Sequence record: AF056281.1
Source of the DNA: a phage
Direction: 5' to 3' (one strand)
Length of the DNA: 1,201 nt
Shown: one piece after another, positions 1-1,201 of the stretch
How positions within the stretch are numbered: position 1 is the stretch's first letter
Layout of the letters: each line of letters begins with the position of its first letter
Notes under the pieces: model-generated
Database searches by the model: none
The model's input: the letters and a program-made list of their open reading frames with translations, nothing else
Told to the model about the DNA's origin: nothing
Made by a program: the position numbers and the translations under genes

Positions 1-646
1 GCGTTCTTTGCTCACNACGNNNAGANAACATGATCCCGGGANAGACNCATGCGNGTTACACCCNCCNCAANACNNANGTGANNNGTCCNATTACCCACNT
101 CTNTGATCCNNGGTCAAANACTGGNNCCNCNGTGTCTNNCNATACTCCGCNAAAGTACGTCTGATTATGCTCTGNGTNCGTTCTGGTGGTNCTCTCTCNT
201 CNNGNCAGACCTACCNANTTGGTGAAGATTCNGGGCCGTCNGTCCANTTGANNCATACTCTANAGTNTTNTGANTCNGATATCANCCCCGTCACGACAGT
301 GGAAGCTGAAAGTTTTAGAACTCCCNTCTATGTGGCTCACTNNNATTATCTNAAGCCTGTGAGTATGTATCANNCTCTCCTTGAGGCGNTGGGGAGCTGC
401 TCNCNATGANTATTNGANGGGTCGTCAACGAAATTTGGTTNAGTNAAACNAACTTCCGCTGGTGACCACTCTNTTNCTCTTNGTCAANCACCACCCAGAT
501 CAACATGNANANTTCATCATTCNNCNATGNCCTAANATCTACTAGTGAGNCACATATAANGAGAGTTCTTTGATCTNCTATCTCNAATCGCCGCTAGGGA
601 AGNTNTNCCAATTCAAAACCCCCTAANTTAGCTCCTNCGCGCACAA

Positions 647-716
647 GGCCGAATCCTTTNNNNNNNNNNNNNNNNNNNNNNNNNNNNNNNNNNNNNNNNN
701 NAAAGGATANGGGGCC
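647..716. repeat. Imperfect inverted repeat (palindrome arms) flanking the N-run
   Basis: Left arm 647-659 GGCCGAATCCTTT has reverse complement AAAGGATTCGGCC. Right arm 702-716 reads AAAGGATANGGGGCC. The 7-mer ATCCTTT (653-659) and AAAGGAT (702-708) are perfectly complementary and equidistant from the gap centre; the outer GGCC/GGCC also pair, with one mismatch, one N and two extra G on the right. Confidence 0.45.
660..701. other. Run of 42 consecutive unresolved bases (sequencing dropout, masked segment or gap)
   Basis: Seen directly: positions 660-701 are all N, flanked by resolved sequence ...ggccgaatccttt on the left and aaaggatanggggcctttt... on the right. Confidence 0.95.
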
Positions 717-839
717 TTTTGNANNNGTGAAAAAAAANTTNGGNGGNTTTGNATTTNGAAATNAAAAGNGCTGGNGCCCCTTGGNGAGCGTNNGGGGTTN
801 TGGAAATCCCNTATGAGGTNANNCAACACTAAAANATTT

Positions 840-1020
840 NNAGGGCNTGGGGGANATAAGAANGNANATNTTCCCTTGGGGGGNANNGGGAAGNTNNTTT
901 NCTANANGGAAGGGAAAAGGGGGGNAGNGTAAAGGNAATTTGGGTAAAANCTAAAATAAAATTTNGGTGGGGNNCGGATTANANAATTNTNNTTNNNANN
1001 GNNAAAGGNGGAAAANGGGA
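840..1020 (+). repeat. Purine-rich, C-depleted low-complexity tract
   Basis: By manual count only about 7 C in roughly 180 positions on the + strand, against abundant G and A runs (e.g. agggaaaaggggggnag at 911-927, aaaggnggaaaangggaaa at 1004-1022). Short motifs AAAGG, GGGAA and CCCTTGG recur. Confidence 0.5.
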
Positions 1021-1201
1021 AATTGAAACTTTAGNATNGTTTTTAANTAATACTAAATAAACCCTAAAGTGGGGGAGTNNTTNGAATTAANTTTTATANT
1101 TTTNTGATTAGGGAAGATATTCCAAGTANAAACACCAAGANTATNGTTCATTTAGGCGCAACAATTNGGAATCCTGNGNTATAAAGTAGATCTTCCAGCT
1201 A

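Noticed and set aside
585-659. tRNA-like T-loop resemblance (CGAATCC at 651-656, GGAATCC at 1168-1174)
   Set aside because: Only a partial match to the GGTTCGAATCC T-loop consensus. The upstream sequence shows no convincing acceptor, D or anticodon arm, and the 3' side falls into the N gap. Insufficient to call a tRNA or tRNA-derived element.
647-720. Rho-independent terminator reading of GGGGCC (711-716) followed by TTTT (717-720)
   Set aside because: The stem partner lies across a 42-base unresolved interval, so the loop size and stem integrity are unknown. A GC stem plus a 4-T run is too weak on its own, and the organism and transcription direction are unknown.
56-829. The four ORFs in the supplied six-frame track (56-256 minus, 167-409 plus, 315-506 minus, 623-829 minus)
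   Set aside because: All contain many X residues. The 623-829 ORF runs straight through the 42-N gap and the poly-X stretch is uninterpretable. Their lengths are inflated by unscorable codons, and none is recognisable as a known protein. Not reported as CDS features.
1061-1067. CCCTAAA (plant-type telomere repeat unit) at 1061-1067, and CCCTAA-like at 621-626
   Set aside because: Single isolated copies with no tandem array, so there is no support for telomeric or interstitial telomere repeat.
35-1193. Restriction sites CCCGGG (35-40), GATATC (278-283), ACTAGT (541-546), AGATCT (1188-1193) as possible vector polylinker remnant
   Set aside because: The sites are hundreds of bases apart, not clustered as in a multiple cloning site, and the flanking sequence does not match any polylinker I recognise. 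Isolated 6-mers are expected by chance in 1.2 kb.
1-1201. Novel defence, secretion or other multi-gene system
   Set aside because: There is no intact gene, no recognisable domain and no operon structure in the window. With about 17% ambiguous bases and no clean ORF, any such claim would be invention rather than observation.

Overview
This window is not confidently annotatable: it looks like a low-quality, largely non-coding read. By my manual count about 200 of 1201 positions (roughly 17%) are N, including one uninterrupted 42-base run at 660-701. All four ORFs in the supplied track are short (63-80 aa) and full of X residues, so they exist only because ambiguous codons cannot be scored as stops; none resembles a protein family I recognise. 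I see no rRNA, tRNA, CRISPR array, mobile-element terminus or promoter/terminator that I can support. The window splits into three zones: 1-600 with mixed composition and scattered N; about 700-1020 strongly purine-rich, C-poor and N-dense; and 1021-1201, cleaner, AT-rich and stop-dense. The one structural signal worth a second look is an imperfect inverted repeat placed symmetrically around the N-run, which suggests a palindrome or hairpin the sequencing failed to read through, or a snap-back artefact. I found no evidence of a novel biological system here, and claiming one from this sequence would be unsupported.
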